Shown here: positions 35,595-45,095 of the stretch, piece by piece
How the letters are laid out: each line of letters opens with the position of its first letter
Position numbering within the stretch: position 1 is the first letter of the stretch
NCBI GenBank assembly: GCA_020632415.1
Contig: JACKFO010000002.1
Span: 386,732 to 450,731, forward strand
Reading direction: 5' to 3'
Source: Candidatus Nomurabacteria bacterium
Lineage (GTDB): Bacteria; Patescibacteriota; Patescibacteriia; UBA1558; GWA2-36-10
DNA: 64,000 bases
Notes under the pieces: generated by a model
Database searches by the model: none
Seen by the model: the letters and a program-made list of their open reading frames with translations, nothing else
What the model was told of the DNA's origin: nothing
Program-made: the position numbers and the translations under genes

Positions 35595-36959
35595 TTATTT
35601 ATTTGCTAATAACAAACTACCAACAGCAATGTCTAAATATTTTTGAATATTTTCCATAAATTGCAACTGCTGACGAGATAGTAATTTTTGTCCATGGTCA
35701 ATAATCAAAACTCCTAATAATTGTTGATTATAAAAAATTGGCAAGGCTAAATCAATTTGCTGTTTTTGTAAAGCCACTGCCAAATACTTATCTTCCTGCC
35801 AATAATCAAGCTCCGCCTGATGAATCAACTTGCTCTGGCTTGCCAAAAACTGCAATAGTTGACTATCGTTTAAATTTAATAAACGCTCACCAACTGGAAA
35901 AACTTGATGAAAAACCTCATGATTATTATGCTTAGCCAAATAAACAAAAATTTCTCGGTAGCTAATCACCTGACTTATTTCTTTGGCTAGTTGCGAAAAA
36001 AGAGTATTCAAGTCTCTAGTTGAACGTAAAATTTCAGCAATGCTTAACTCTGCTTGTTTTATTTTTTGATTAGGATTAAAAAATAAAAGATTTACTAAAC
36101 GAAATAAAAATTTATACAACCATGGAGAGGTGAGCCCGATAAACAAAACAAATAAAATTTGGTCTAAGACATTTTTAAAATCTAAATCAATAAAGTTTAA
36201 TAATAACCAGAAAATCAAATAATAAATCACCAAGACAATAAATAAAGTCAGTAAATCAATTGCGCTTTTAGAAAATGATAATTTTAAATCCAAAAAACGA
36301 TCATGCGAAAGAGCATAAACCAAAACAATCGTAAAAAATACCGAAGAGTCAACGCCAATATAAAATAATGACTTAATATTGATCAGAGGTAAAATAACGC
36401 TAAACAACAAACCTAGAATAGCTGTAATTGCTGTACCAAAAAAAATATAATCAATTTGTTTTTTGATAACCAAATTTGCTTGCCGACGATTTTTCAACAA
36501 AAAAGATAGAGCAAAAATTAACAAAGCAGCAAAATATATACTAAAAAACCAATACAAATAACCTTGTTCAAAAACAAACCCGCTTTCAGTCAAAGTGACC
36601 GACTTGACATTATAAGCAGTAAACAAAAAAGGAATCGCCACAATCGCTGGTAAAAATAAAGCATTTTTTTTCCAAGCTACTAAATTTTTCCACAAACCAA
36701 ACAAAGAAAAAACCAGCCATACAAAGGCTGGAGCCAAAAAAAGATTAGGCAACAAACCAAAACGAGCGCCTAATAATAAATGATCTGTTCCTCGAAGCCA
36801 AAAAACATTAGTCAACTCAATTACCTCCCAAAGAGTAATCAAAAAAATTAAGACAAAAAGCGGCACTCTTTGCTGCTGTTTTTTATTTAAGCCAACATAA
36901 ATCAATAAAGTGATATTGATCGCCAAGGCCAGCCATAAAATAAGATTAGCTAAAGTCAT
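35595..36959 (-). CDS. 7TM sensor-domain protein with C-terminal GAF-like domain and no kinase output
   Basis: 454 aa; N-terminal 7TM region paralogous to the above; C-terminal roughly 150 aa with a GAF-like pattern (…LAVALQKQQIDLALPIFYNQQLLGVLIIDHGQ…). Confidence 0.5.
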   Translation of the reverse strand: MTLANLILWLALAINITLLIYVGLNKKQQQRVPLFVLIFLITLWEVIELTNVFWLRGTDHLLLGARFGLLPNLFLAPAFVWLVFSLFGLWKNLVAWKKNALFLPAIVAIPFLFTAYNVKSVTLTESGFVFEQGYLYWFFSIYFAALLIFALSFLLKNRRQANLVIKKQIDYIFFGTAITAILGLLFSVILPLINIKSLFYIGVDSSVFFTIVLVYALSHDRFLDLKLSFSKSAIDLLTLFIVLVIYYLIFWLLLNFIDLDFKNVLDQILFVLFIGLTSPWLYKFLFRLVNLLFFNPNQKIKQAELSIAEILRSTRDLNTLFSQLAKEISQVISYREIFVYLAKHNNHEVFHQVFPVGERLLNLNDSQLLQFLASQSKLIHQAELDYWQEDKYLAVALQKQQIDLALPIFYNQQLLGVLIIDHGQKLLSRQQLQFMENIQKYLDIAVGSLLLANK

Positions 36960-37110
36960 TATTTTCTGTTTAAACTAGCCGTCAAAACGGCCAGCCGTCA
37001 TTAAAATCATAGTAAAATAACGCTCTTTTGTCAAATCATTTGAGTTGACAAAATTGGTAAAAAATGTTTAACTAATTAATCACATCGCACCTTAACAACA
37101 GGAGTACAGC

Positions 37111-37881
37111 ATGTCTACTTTTCCTGCACTGCACCTTGCTCCTGTTACCAGAAGCAAAAACGTCGCGCTACTGTTTCTAGCTGGCCTATGGTCAGTCGCT
37201 GAAGTCTGGTCTGAATGGCAACAATTAGCCGCAAAAAGAGGCTACGGAAGCTGGGCGCTAACCCTAAAACCCAAAACAAGAGCAACGTCACTCAAAGATT
37301 ACGCGTTATACGTCTTGGACTTTCTCAAGGAGCCTGAAGGACGCGGCACCAACCCTGTGATCATCGGGCACTCCATGGCTGGATTAGTGACGCAAATGGT
37401 CGCTGAACATTACAATCTCCCTGGCGTGGTTCTGCTCAATAGCGCCGCTCCAGCCGGAATTAGTAATTTTAGCCTGCCTTTAGCCTTACGCATTTTTCCA
37501 TATCTCAAAAGCATCTTGGGCAATGAGTTATTCATGCCGAGCTTAAGAGACTCCAAGGCTCTCTTATTCAACAATCTGGGCAATGTCACAGCTGAAGTGA
37601 TGTCAGCCTATCACCAAGAACTAGTACCTGATTCTGGAAAAGCAGCCAGAGAAATCATCCTGGGAACAGTAGCAGTCAAGCACACTTACTGCCCAACACT
37701 GATACTTGGTGGTAGCCAAGATCGAATTCTGCCTACCAGAATTCAAAGAAAACTAGCCACCAAATACTCCTCCGCCATCTATCTGGAAGTAGACCACGGG
37801 CATGTGACAATGTTAGAGCCTAGCTCTGACCTCGTTCTGCACGCGATCTTAGATTGGACCGAAAAACTCCCGCCTCTTTGA
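37111..37881 (+). CDS. Alpha/beta-hydrolase, GC-rich (probably horizontally acquired)
   Basis: GHSMAG nucleophile elbow; about 48% GC in the first 60 nt against about one-third elsewhere; own promoter-like TTGACA upstream and AGGAG SD; TGA stop; opposite strand to all neighbours. Confidence 0.65.
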   Translation: MSTFPALHLAPVTRSKNVALLFLAGLWSVAEVWSEWQQLAAKRGYGSWALTLKPKTRATSLKDYALYVLDFLKEPEGRGTNPVIIGHSMAGLVTQMVAEHYNLPGVVLLNSAAPAGISNFSLPLALRIFPYLKSILGNELFMPSLRDSKALLFNNLGNVTAEVMSAYHQELVPDSGKAAREIILGTVAVKHTYCPTLILGGSQDRILPTRIQRKLATKYSSAIYLEVDHGHVTMLEPSSDLVLHAILDWTEKLPPL

Positions 37882-37900
37882 GGATCGGGAGTTTTCTTTT
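37866..37900 (+). terminator. Intrinsic terminator of the GC-rich hydrolase gene
   Basis: ACTCCCG...CGGGAGT hairpin enclosing the TGA stop, followed by TTTTCTTTTTT. Confidence 0.7.
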
Positions 37901-37941
37901 TTAAATTAATATTTTTAAACAAAAAATATTACAATTATCTC

Positions 37942-38655
37942 TTAATTTATCCCCATAAGCTTAGACATTTCAATAATCCATTGACTTAAATCTTGATTAT
38001 TTTTCCATATCTTTTTACCGTTCATAATTAATTTTCGATGATTTGGGTAACCTATATTTTTTATTTTACCATGTAATTTAATAAAATCTTCAGTATCCTG
38101 TAAAACTGCATTAAAAATTTCAGATAAATCCCAAAATTTTCCTTCTTCTGTATTTAAATGTTTAAATTTTTTAGAAAAAGTTATTTGAACAAAATCATAA
38201 AAAATAAAATGAAGCATTTCATGAAAAATAGTAAAGAGCTGAATTTTTTTATTATCATAAAGAAAAATCTGAAAACTACCATCATCTAAAAAACGTGGAC
38301 AAAAATCAAAAATAGAAAAAAATCCAGTAAACTTCTTTTTGGGCCATGGATAATGATTAAAAATTTTATCAACTACTTTAAAAAAATAATTCTGAGATTC
38401 ATCAAGATAAATAGAAGTTTTTTTGCTCAATTTTTCTAATTCATCAAAATGAAAATTATAAAATTGAAAAATATATTTATTCAAAAAAACTTTAGCATTC
38501 TTAGAAGACTCAATTTCTAAAAGTTTTGGATGATGATTCAATGCTCTTTCTTGCCAAAAATTACAACCACCAATTTCTTGATTATTAAAAAACTCCCAAG
38601 CTAAATCTTGGTCTAATTTTTGATTAAACTTTAATTTTATTATTGGATTAGGCAT
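37942..38655 (-). CDS. Hypothetical HExxH-motif protein (putative Zn-metallopeptidase-like)
   Basis: FHEMLHFIFYDF contains HExxH; 237 aa, extremely AT-rich, no TM helix. Confidence 0.35.
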   Translation of the reverse strand: MPNPIIKLKFNQKLDQDLAWEFFNNQEIGGCNFWQERALNHHPKLLEIESSKNAKVFLNKYIFQFYNFHFDELEKLSKKTSIYLDESQNYFFKVVDKIFNHYPWPKKKFTGFFSIFDFCPRFLDDGSFQIFLYDNKKIQLFTIFHEMLHFIFYDFVQITFSKKFKHLNTEEGKFWDLSEIFNAVLQDTEDFIKLHGKIKNIGYPNHRKLIMNGKKIWKNNQDLSQWIIEMSKLMGIN

Positions 38656-38706
38656 AATATTATTATTTATAAAAAACTCACTAACATTATATCATTTTTT
38701 AAAAAT

Positions 38707-39525
38707 TTATCCCCTAACATTAATCAAATTACCACTGCTATATCTTTTTAAGCCTCGGTAATAAACCAATAAAGAAAAAAGAAAAAATATAATTGTAAAT
38801 AAAATTAAATATAAAAATTTACTCAAAACAAATTCTTTTAACAAATCAGCTGGCCAAAAAGTAGCAAAGCCAGCTGGAATAACAAAAAAGATAATAAATT
38901 TAACCACTCCTTGGAAAACTGACGATGGATTAGTAGAAAAGGCTAAAAAAGCATGAAATAAACTACTTTGCAAAACTTCATTGCGACCAAGCCAAAAACT
39001 CAATGAGCCGATTAAAATATAAAAGGCTAACAAAATCATTGCCCCGCTCAAAATTCCAAAAAATAACAAAAAGATTGATAAAAGATTAGCTGGAAAAAAT
39101 AAGAAAAAAGCGATTGGCGCAAACAACATATCGCCCCAGGCTGACAAATCAGTTCTACTCACCAAAGCATGCAGTAAATGATTTTTTGGAAAAGAAAAAT
39201 AAAAATCTAATTCTCCATTGCTAATGATTGTCCCTAAATTTGCGGCATTGCCAAAAACAGCATTAACCAAACCAAATCCTCCAGCACCAAAAATCCACAA
39301 AGCAATCATCTCTCGAAAACCAAAACCGTTTAAATCACCAAAATATTGAAAGAAAAAATACCAAATCAACAAAAATAAACCGTCGTTTAAAATCATAAAT
39401 ATAGCCTGGCTCAAAAAATTAAAACGAAACTCCATTGCTGAAGCTAAATTATATTTCAGATAAGCCCAGATAAAATCCAAATTTTTAACCACCATTGATA
39501 TTAACTTTTTTAACACCTTGTCCAT
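38707..39525 (-). CDS. ABC-2 type transporter permease
   Basis: 272 aa, 6 predicted TM helices; downstream of the ATPase and first permease. Confidence 0.6.
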   Translation of the reverse strand: MDKVLKKLISMVVKNLDFIWAYLKYNLASAMEFRFNFLSQAIFMILNDGLFLLIWYFFFQYFGDLNGFGFREMIALWIFGAGGFGLVNAVFGNAANLGTIISNGELDFYFSFPKNHLLHALVSRTDLSAWGDMLFAPIAFFLFFPANLLSIFLLFFGILSGAMILLAFYILIGSLSFWLGRNEVLQSSLFHAFLAFSTNPSSVFQGVVKFIIFFVIPAGFATFWPADLLKEFVLSKFLYLILFTIIFFLFSLLVYYRGLKRYSSGNLINVRG

Positions 39526-40330
39526 AAATTATTTTAATTAAAAAACAAAAAATAATAATCCAAACTACTTGCCTCGTGACTAAAATTTGCCAATAAACCA
39601 AATCAAAATTTACCATTGTCTTTGCTGGTCCGTACAAAATACCTTCAAAGGGCAAATAATGAATAATTTTTTGCAAAAACTCTGGATAAACATCAATCGG
39701 AAAAAGCAAGCCACCAAAAATAAAAACAATTTTCTGATAAATAAAGCGCAGCGATCTAATATCCTCCAACCAAAAAGCAAATAAACTAACCGAACCAGCA
39801 ATGACAAAATTTAAAACTACCGCCAAAAAAACAGAGCTTGCTCCCGCTAAAAATGACCACAAACTAATTCCTAATAAAGGAGAAAATAAACTAAGCAGTA
39901 AAACTCCGACCATCGCTTTGATCAGCATACTAACTACAACTCGCCCTAAAAAATAGCTAAAATAATAAGACATAAAGCTATAGGGCTTACTCAAAACATA
40001 AGCAACATTGCCATTTTTTATTTCTTCGCCAATGGTCAAAATCACATTTGGTTGCGAAGTCAAAATCAACTCAGTGATAAAAACGTACCAAATCATTGCC
40101 GATAAACTGAAACCAACAATTAATTTTTCTGGATGTTCAGCGTAAACTACCAGCCAAACCTGACTCATCACAAAGGTAATTAATAAAATAAAAATATTAG
40201 AATAAAAAAGCTCCAAAGGATAAGCCAAGCGATCTCTAACGCTCACCCTAAAAATAGCCAAATATTTATTTATTTTTAAGAGAATTTTGTGCATAAATGT
40301 TACTAATAATCTCCTCCATCGGCGTCTCAA
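39485..40330 (-). CDS. ABC-2 type transporter permease
   Basis: 281 aa multi-TM; the true start is probably an internal Met given the overlap with the ATPase gene. Confidence 0.6.
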   Translation of the reverse strand: MRRRWRRLLVTFMHKILLKINKYLAIFRVSVRDRLAYPLELFYSNIFILLITFVMSQVWLVVYAEHPEKLIVGFSLSAMIWYVFITELILTSQPNVILTIGEEIKNGNVAYVLSKPYSFMSYYFSYFLGRVVVSMLIKAMVGVLLLSLFSPLLGISLWSFLAGASSVFLAVVLNFVIAGSVSLFAFWLEDIRSLRFIYQKIVFIFGGLLFPIDVYPEFLQKIIHYLPFEGILYGPAKTMVNFDLVYWQILVTRQVVWIIIFCFLIKIIYGQGVKKVNINGG

Positions 40331-41267
40331 AAATACCGATATCTTCTACTTGATAAATATTTAATAATTGATCCAGTACAGCCTTCACCGAAGTTTTTTT
40401 GACATCCAATTCAAATTGCCAATTATAATTTTCAGCTTTTAAAATTCTTACTCCTGGTATTTTTATTTTCGACTTCACATTTCCTCCATTAATAATTTTT
40501 AAATCAATAATTTTGTAAGCTGCATATTTTTCTTTCAAAGCCTTGACTGTGCCGTCAAAAATTATTTTTCCCAGATCGATTACTATCACTCTGTCAGCAA
40601 TTTTTTCCAAATCACCAGCATCATGAGAGGTTATAAAAATTGTTGTCCCCTCTTCTTTGTTCATGGTATTTAAAACTTCTCGCAACTGTTGTTTTGCTAC
40701 TACGTCCAAACCAATCGTTGGCTCATCTAAAAACAATATTTTTGGCTGATGAATTAAAGAAGCAATCATTTCACAACGCATTCTTTGACCTAATGATAAT
40801 TTTCTCACTGGTTGATACACGAAATCTTGCACTTGAAATTTATCAATCAAAAAATCTAAACGTTTTTTAAATTTTTTTGCTTCAATTTCATAAATCTTAC
40901 CAAAAAGATAAAAAGTATCCATTGCCGGTAAATGATACCAAAGTTGAGGTTTTTGACCAAAAACTGTGCCAATTTGAAAGGCTAGTTGCTTACGTTCTTT
41001 CCAAGGAGTCAAACCAGTCACCTTAACTTCTCCGCTATCCGGATGCAAAATTCCCGTCAACATTTTAATCGTCGTCGATTTACCGGCTCCGTTTGGTCCA
41101 ATAAAAGCTACTTTCTCACCTTTGGCAACTTGAAAACTAATTTGATCAACTGCAATAAAATCAGCTAATTGCTTTCTGAAAACCGACCGAAAGCTGGCCT
41201 TCAAGCCCAAAGCCTTTGTTTTCTTTTCAAACTTTTTACTCAAATTTTTTACTTCTACTGCTTGCAT
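40266..41267 (-). CDS. ABC transporter ATP-binding protein (ABC-2/DrrA-like)
   Basis: Walker A GPNGAGKSTT, signature LSLGQRMR, Walker B ILFLDEPTIGLD; the likely start is MQAVEVKNLSKKF. Confidence 0.8.
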   Translation of the reverse strand: MQAVEVKNLSKKFEKKTKALGLKASFRSVFRKQLADFIAVDQISFQVAKGEKVAFIGPNGAGKSTTIKMLTGILHPDSGEVKVTGLTPWKERKQLAFQIGTVFGQKPQLWYHLPAMDTFYLFGKIYEIEAKKFKKRLDFLIDKFQVQDFVYQPVRKLSLGQRMRCEMIASLIHQPKILFLDEPTIGLDVVAKQQLREVLNTMNKEEGTTIFITSHDAGDLEKIADRVIVIDLGKIIFDGTVKALKEKYAAYKIIDLKIINGGNVKSKIKIPGVRILKAENYNWQFELDVKKTSVKAVLDQLLNIYQVEDIGIFETPMEEIISNIYAQNSLKNK

Positions 41268-41516
41268 ATTTTTAAATTTATATTCTAAAAAATCGCCCAA
41301 GATATTGGACGACTTTTTGTTAATTTGCTGAAATTTTAAATATTTATTAGAAAATATTAAATAACAAAAAGTCTATCCAAAAAACCATCGACAATAACTG
41401 GATAGGATGCGCGCAAACACATTTTGTTACTTAAATTATTCATATATTTTTACTATAATGAAAAAATAATATTTTGTCAAATTCTATACTTATACCTCTG
41501 TAATTATCTAGGCAAA

Positions 41517-42530
41517 TTAATACCAGATCATCATTTTTTCTTTCACCAATTTCATGGTTTTTTCTGCTTCTTTTTTGGCTTGGGCTGTCCCCTTCTTTAA
41601 AATCTTCCAAACTAAATCTGGATTTTCTTCGTATTTTTTTCTTCTAGCTCGAATTGGAGCCAAAAAATTATTTAATTCCACAATCAATTGATCTTTAAAA
41701 ACTTTGTAGCTAGTAATTCCTTTGAATTCTTTTTCAATTTCTTTTAAAGTTTTTCCCGTGGCAATACTATAATATTGCATCAAATTAGACACATCGGCTT
41801 TTTTTACTTCGTCAAACCTCACCAAATTTACAGTATCTGAATCAGTTTTGGCTTTTTTTACTTTTTTTTCTACTTCTTCTGGGGAATCTGAAAGATAGAT
41901 TGCATTATTAAAAGACTTTGACATCTTTCGACCGTCCAAACCAGATAGTCTAGCAATTTCTCCATAGACACCTTGCGGATAAGGAAAAAGCTCTCCATAA
42001 TAATTATGAAATTTTCGGATAATCTCATTAGTCTGTTCTAGCATTGGCTTTTGATCTTCTCCGACTGGCACCACATTTGCTCTTAAAAAAGTAATGTCGG
42101 CTGCTTGCGAAACAGGATAGCCCAAAAAACCAAAAGTAACATTACCGCCTTTGAAAATATGTCCTTTATCACCAATTTCATTTTTAACCGTTGGATTACG
42201 TTGCAATTCACTAACTGTTACTAAATTAGAATAAAAAACTGTCAATTCTGCAATCTCCGGAATTTGTGATTGAATAAACAGGGTTGTTTTCTTAGGATCA
42301 ATACCAACTGCTAAATTATCTAGAGCTACTTCCAAAACATTTTTTCTAACTTTCTCTGGCTCAGCAAAATTATCAGTCAAAGCCTGAACATCAGCAATCA
42401 TTACAAAACTTTCATACTGGTCTTGCATTGCTACTCTATTTTTTAGCGAACCAACATAATGACCAAGGTGTAATTTCCCAGTTGGACGATCACCAGTCAA
42501 AAGTCTTTTTTTATTTTGCTTGTTTGTCAT
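41517..42530 (-). CDS. trpS: Tryptophan--tRNA ligase
   Basis: HIGH-type motif TGKLHLGHYVG and KMSKS; 337 aa. Confidence 0.9.
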   Translation of the reverse strand: MTNKQNKKRLLTGDRPTGKLHLGHYVGSLKNRVAMQDQYESFVMIADVQALTDNFAEPEKVRKNVLEVALDNLAVGIDPKKTTLFIQSQIPEIAELTVFYSNLVTVSELQRNPTVKNEIGDKGHIFKGGNVTFGFLGYPVSQAADITFLRANVVPVGEDQKPMLEQTNEIIRKFHNYYGELFPYPQGVYGEIARLSGLDGRKMSKSFNNAIYLSDSPEEVEKKVKKAKTDSDTVNLVRFDEVKKADVSNLMQYYSIATGKTLKEIEKEFKGITSYKVFKDQLIVELNNFLAPIRARRKKYEENPDLVWKILKKGTAQAKKEAEKTMKLVKEKMMIWY

Positions 42531-42549
42531 AAAAATAATTTTTATAATT

Positions 42550-43935
42550 TTATAAATTTACTCGCGTCGCCTTTTGTCCATCTTTTGTATCCTCTACTTC
42601 TATACCGATTTCTTTGAGCTGATCACGTAATTGATCAGATAAATTCCAATCTTTATTTACCCTTGCTACTTGACGCTGTTTTAACAAATTTTTTTCTTCA
42701 TTTGAAAAAGTCAAAGATTTTTTGACTAAATTCTTCAAATCCAAGCCCAAAATTTCATCCATCTTATAAATTGTTGCCATTTTCTCTCCATCTTCTATCT
42801 GATCATCAGCTAACAATTCTTGTAAAACAGCTAGGGCTTGCGGCGTATTTAAATCATCACTTAAGCTTTTCTGAAATTTTTCTAAATATTTTTGATTAAC
42901 CTTTTTGCCAAGCTTACGCCCAGTAATATCCCTAACAATGTTCACCAAACCAGTTTGGGCAGCCTCTAAAGCTTCCCAAGAAAAATTTAAACTCTTGCGA
43001 TAATGAGCTTGCAAAACAAAATAACGAAAGGCCAGTGGTGAAATATTTTTTTTCTCTAAATCCGTCAAATCAAAAGTTGTGCCCGCTGACTTAGACATTT
43101 TACCATCTTTAAACTTTAAAAATTCATTGTGCATCCAATAATGAGCTTGCAATTTTCCAGTTGCCGCCTCACTCTGGGCCATTTCATTTGGATGATGAAT
43201 TGGCAAATGATCCACGCCACCAGTATGAATATCAAAAGTGTCACCTAAATACATTTGACTCATCACCGAACATTCAAGGTGCCAGCCAGGAAAACCCTTA
43301 CCCCAAGGAGAGTTCCATTCCATGTCTCGCTGAAAATCAAGTGGCGAAAATTTCCAGACTGCAAAATCAGTAATGTTTTTCTTTTCTTTATTTTTTTCTA
43401 CTCTCGCACCTTCTTGCAAATCAATATTTTGAATATTAGCCAACTTTCCGTAATCAGAAATTTTAGAAGTGTCAAAATACAAACCATCAGAAGTTTGATA
43501 TAAAAATCCTTTTTTTTCTAAAATCTGCACAAATTTAATTTGCTCTTTGATTGTTTTGGTAGCTCGAACAAATTTGCTTGGTGGTAAAATATTTAATTCT
43601 TTTAAATTATCTTTGAAAACCTGAATAAAAAAGTCCGCAATCTCCCAGGCATTTTTACCTTCTTTTTTTGCTGCTTTTTCTAGCTTATCTTCTCCGCTGT
43701 CAGCATCTGAAGTTAAATGTCCAACATCGGTCAAATTCATGATGTGCTTAACTTTTAAACCCTCTGAATCTAAAAATCTTTTCAAGACATCCCAGACAAT
43801 ATAAGCTCGCAAATTACCAAGATGCGGATAACTATAAACCGTTGGCCCACAAGTATACAGGCCTACCTGGCCTTTTTTGATTGGCCGAAATTCCTCTTTT
43901 TTCTTGCTCAAAGTATTGTTTAACAAAATCTTCAT
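42550..43935 (-). CDS. cysS: Cysteine--tRNA ligase
   Basis: CGPTVYSYPHLGN (HIGH region), KMSKS; 461 aa. Confidence 0.9.
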   Translation of the reverse strand: MKILLNNTLSKKKEEFRPIKKGQVGLYTCGPTVYSYPHLGNLRAYIVWDVLKRFLDSEGLKVKHIMNLTDVGHLTSDADSGEDKLEKAAKKEGKNAWEIADFFIQVFKDNLKELNILPPSKFVRATKTIKEQIKFVQILEKKGFLYQTSDGLYFDTSKISDYGKLANIQNIDLQEGARVEKNKEKKNITDFAVWKFSPLDFQRDMEWNSPWGKGFPGWHLECSVMSQMYLGDTFDIHTGGVDHLPIHHPNEMAQSEAATGKLQAHYWMHNEFLKFKDGKMSKSAGTTFDLTDLEKKNISPLAFRYFVLQAHYRKSLNFSWEALEAAQTGLVNIVRDITGRKLGKKVNQKYLEKFQKSLSDDLNTPQALAVLQELLADDQIEDGEKMATIYKMDEILGLDLKNLVKKSLTFSNEEKNLLKQRQVARVNKDWNLSDQLRDQLKEIGIEVEDTKDGQKATRVNL

Positions 43936-43975
43936 ATGCCTATATTTTAGCTAAAAACTAAATAAAAAGCAAAAA

Positions 43976-43998
43976 CGGCCCCGCATAATGCGGGGCCG
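43976..43998 (-). terminator. Intrinsic terminator after gap (9-bp GC hairpin plus U-tract)
   Basis: CGGCCCCGC-ATAAT-GCGGGGCCG; the minus strand continues GUUUUUGCUUUUUAUUU. Confidence 0.8.
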
Positions 43999-44014
43999 CC
44001 TAACTCACAAAATA

Positions 44015-45019
44015 TTAAAAAATATTTTTAATCATTTCTACCAAACGATTAGCGTAACCCCATTCATTGTCATACCAAGCGACAATTTTAACCATATCTC
44101 CATCAACAACCTTAGTCAAAGACAAATCAACAATCGAAGAACGAGAGTCGCCAATAAAATCAGAAGAAACGACTGGCTGATCAGTTACTCCTAAAATTCC
44201 TTGAAAATTCTTCTGTTTGGAAGCTGCGATCAAAGCATTATTAATTTGGCTAACAGTCACTTTCTTTTTCAAAACAAAAGTAAAATCCGAAAGCGAAACC
44301 ACCGGAGTCGGAACGCGAATCGACAAACCGTCAAATAAACCTTCGAGCTCAGGAATTACCTTTGCTGTCGCAATTGCCGCTCCTGTTGTTGTTGGAACAA
44401 TATTCTGTCCTGCTGTCCGGCCACGACGTAAATCTTTGTGCGGACCATCAACTAAACTTTGATCAGCAGTATAAGAGTGAATCGTTGTCATCATTGCTTT
44501 GGCAACGCCAAATTTACTGACCAAAATTTGCGCTACCGGCGCAATGCAATTAGTTGTACAAGAAGCATTAGAAATTACACCTTGATTTTGATAAGTCTTT
44601 TCGTTTACTCCCAACAAAAATGTCTCGACATTTCCACCTTTGGCAGGTGCCGACAAAATCACTCTTTTGGCTCCAGCTTTCAAATGAGCAGCCGCGGCAT
44701 TATCTTTGACAAAACGACCAGTACATTCCAAAACCACCTCAACTTTTAATTTTTTCCAAGGGAGTTTTGCTGGATCTGGTTGCGCGGTAATTTGATATTT
44801 TTTGTTATTCACTGTAATAAAATTTTCTCCGTGAGAAATTTTAGCTGGATGAGTGCCATAAACTGTATCGTATTTTAATAAATACGCTAAACTTTCAGCT
44901 GGCGCCAAATCATTGATTGCTACTACTTCATATTTATTACTTTTAAGCATAATCTTAAAAGCTGCTCGGCCAATCCGACCAAAGCCATTTATCGCTACTT
45001 TTATTTTCTTAGTTGCCAT
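44015..45019 (-). CDS. gap: Glyceraldehyde-3-phosphate dehydrogenase
   Basis: INGFGRIGR Rossmann motif, SCTTNC active site; 334 aa. Confidence 0.95.
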   Translation of the reverse strand: MATKKIKVAINGFGRIGRAAFKIMLKSNKYEVVAINDLAPAESLAYLLKYDTVYGTHPAKISHGENFITVNNKKYQITAQPDPAKLPWKKLKVEVVLECTGRFVKDNAAAAHLKAGAKRVILSAPAKGGNVETFLLGVNEKTYQNQGVISNASCTTNCIAPVAQILVSKFGVAKAMMTTIHSYTADQSLVDGPHKDLRRGRTAGQNIVPTTTGAAIATAKVIPELEGLFDGLSIRVPTPVVSLSDFTFVLKKKVTVSQINNALIAASKQKNFQGILGVTDQPVVSSDFIGDSRSSIVDLSLTKVVDGDMVKIVAWYDNEWGYANRLVEMIKNIF

Positions 45020-45051
45020 ATTTTTATTTTAAATTTAATTTCAACAGATTC

Positions 45052-45060
45052 ATTATAACA
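45052..45060 (-). promoter_or_regulatory. Extended -10 promoter TGTTATAAT for gap
   Basis: Revcomp of ATTATAACA (45052-45060), about 33 nt upstream of the gap ATG. Confidence 0.45.
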
Positions 45061-45085
45061 AAAAAAGAAGCTTTTGACACTTCTT
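45059..45085 (-). terminator. Intrinsic terminator after ricT
   Basis: AAGAAG-CTTTTGACA-CTTCTT hairpin with a U-run on the minus strand that overlaps the gap -10. Confidence 0.5.
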
Positions 45086-45095
45086 TTTAAAAATA

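Noticed and set aside
40266-41300. Track start of the ABC ATPase (MGDFLEYKFKN...) and of the permease at 40330
   Set aside because: These extended N-termini overlap the upstream genes by 29-65 nt. Internal Met starts (MQAVEVKNLSKKF and MHKILLK) give conventional lengths. Coordinates adjusted for the ATPase only.
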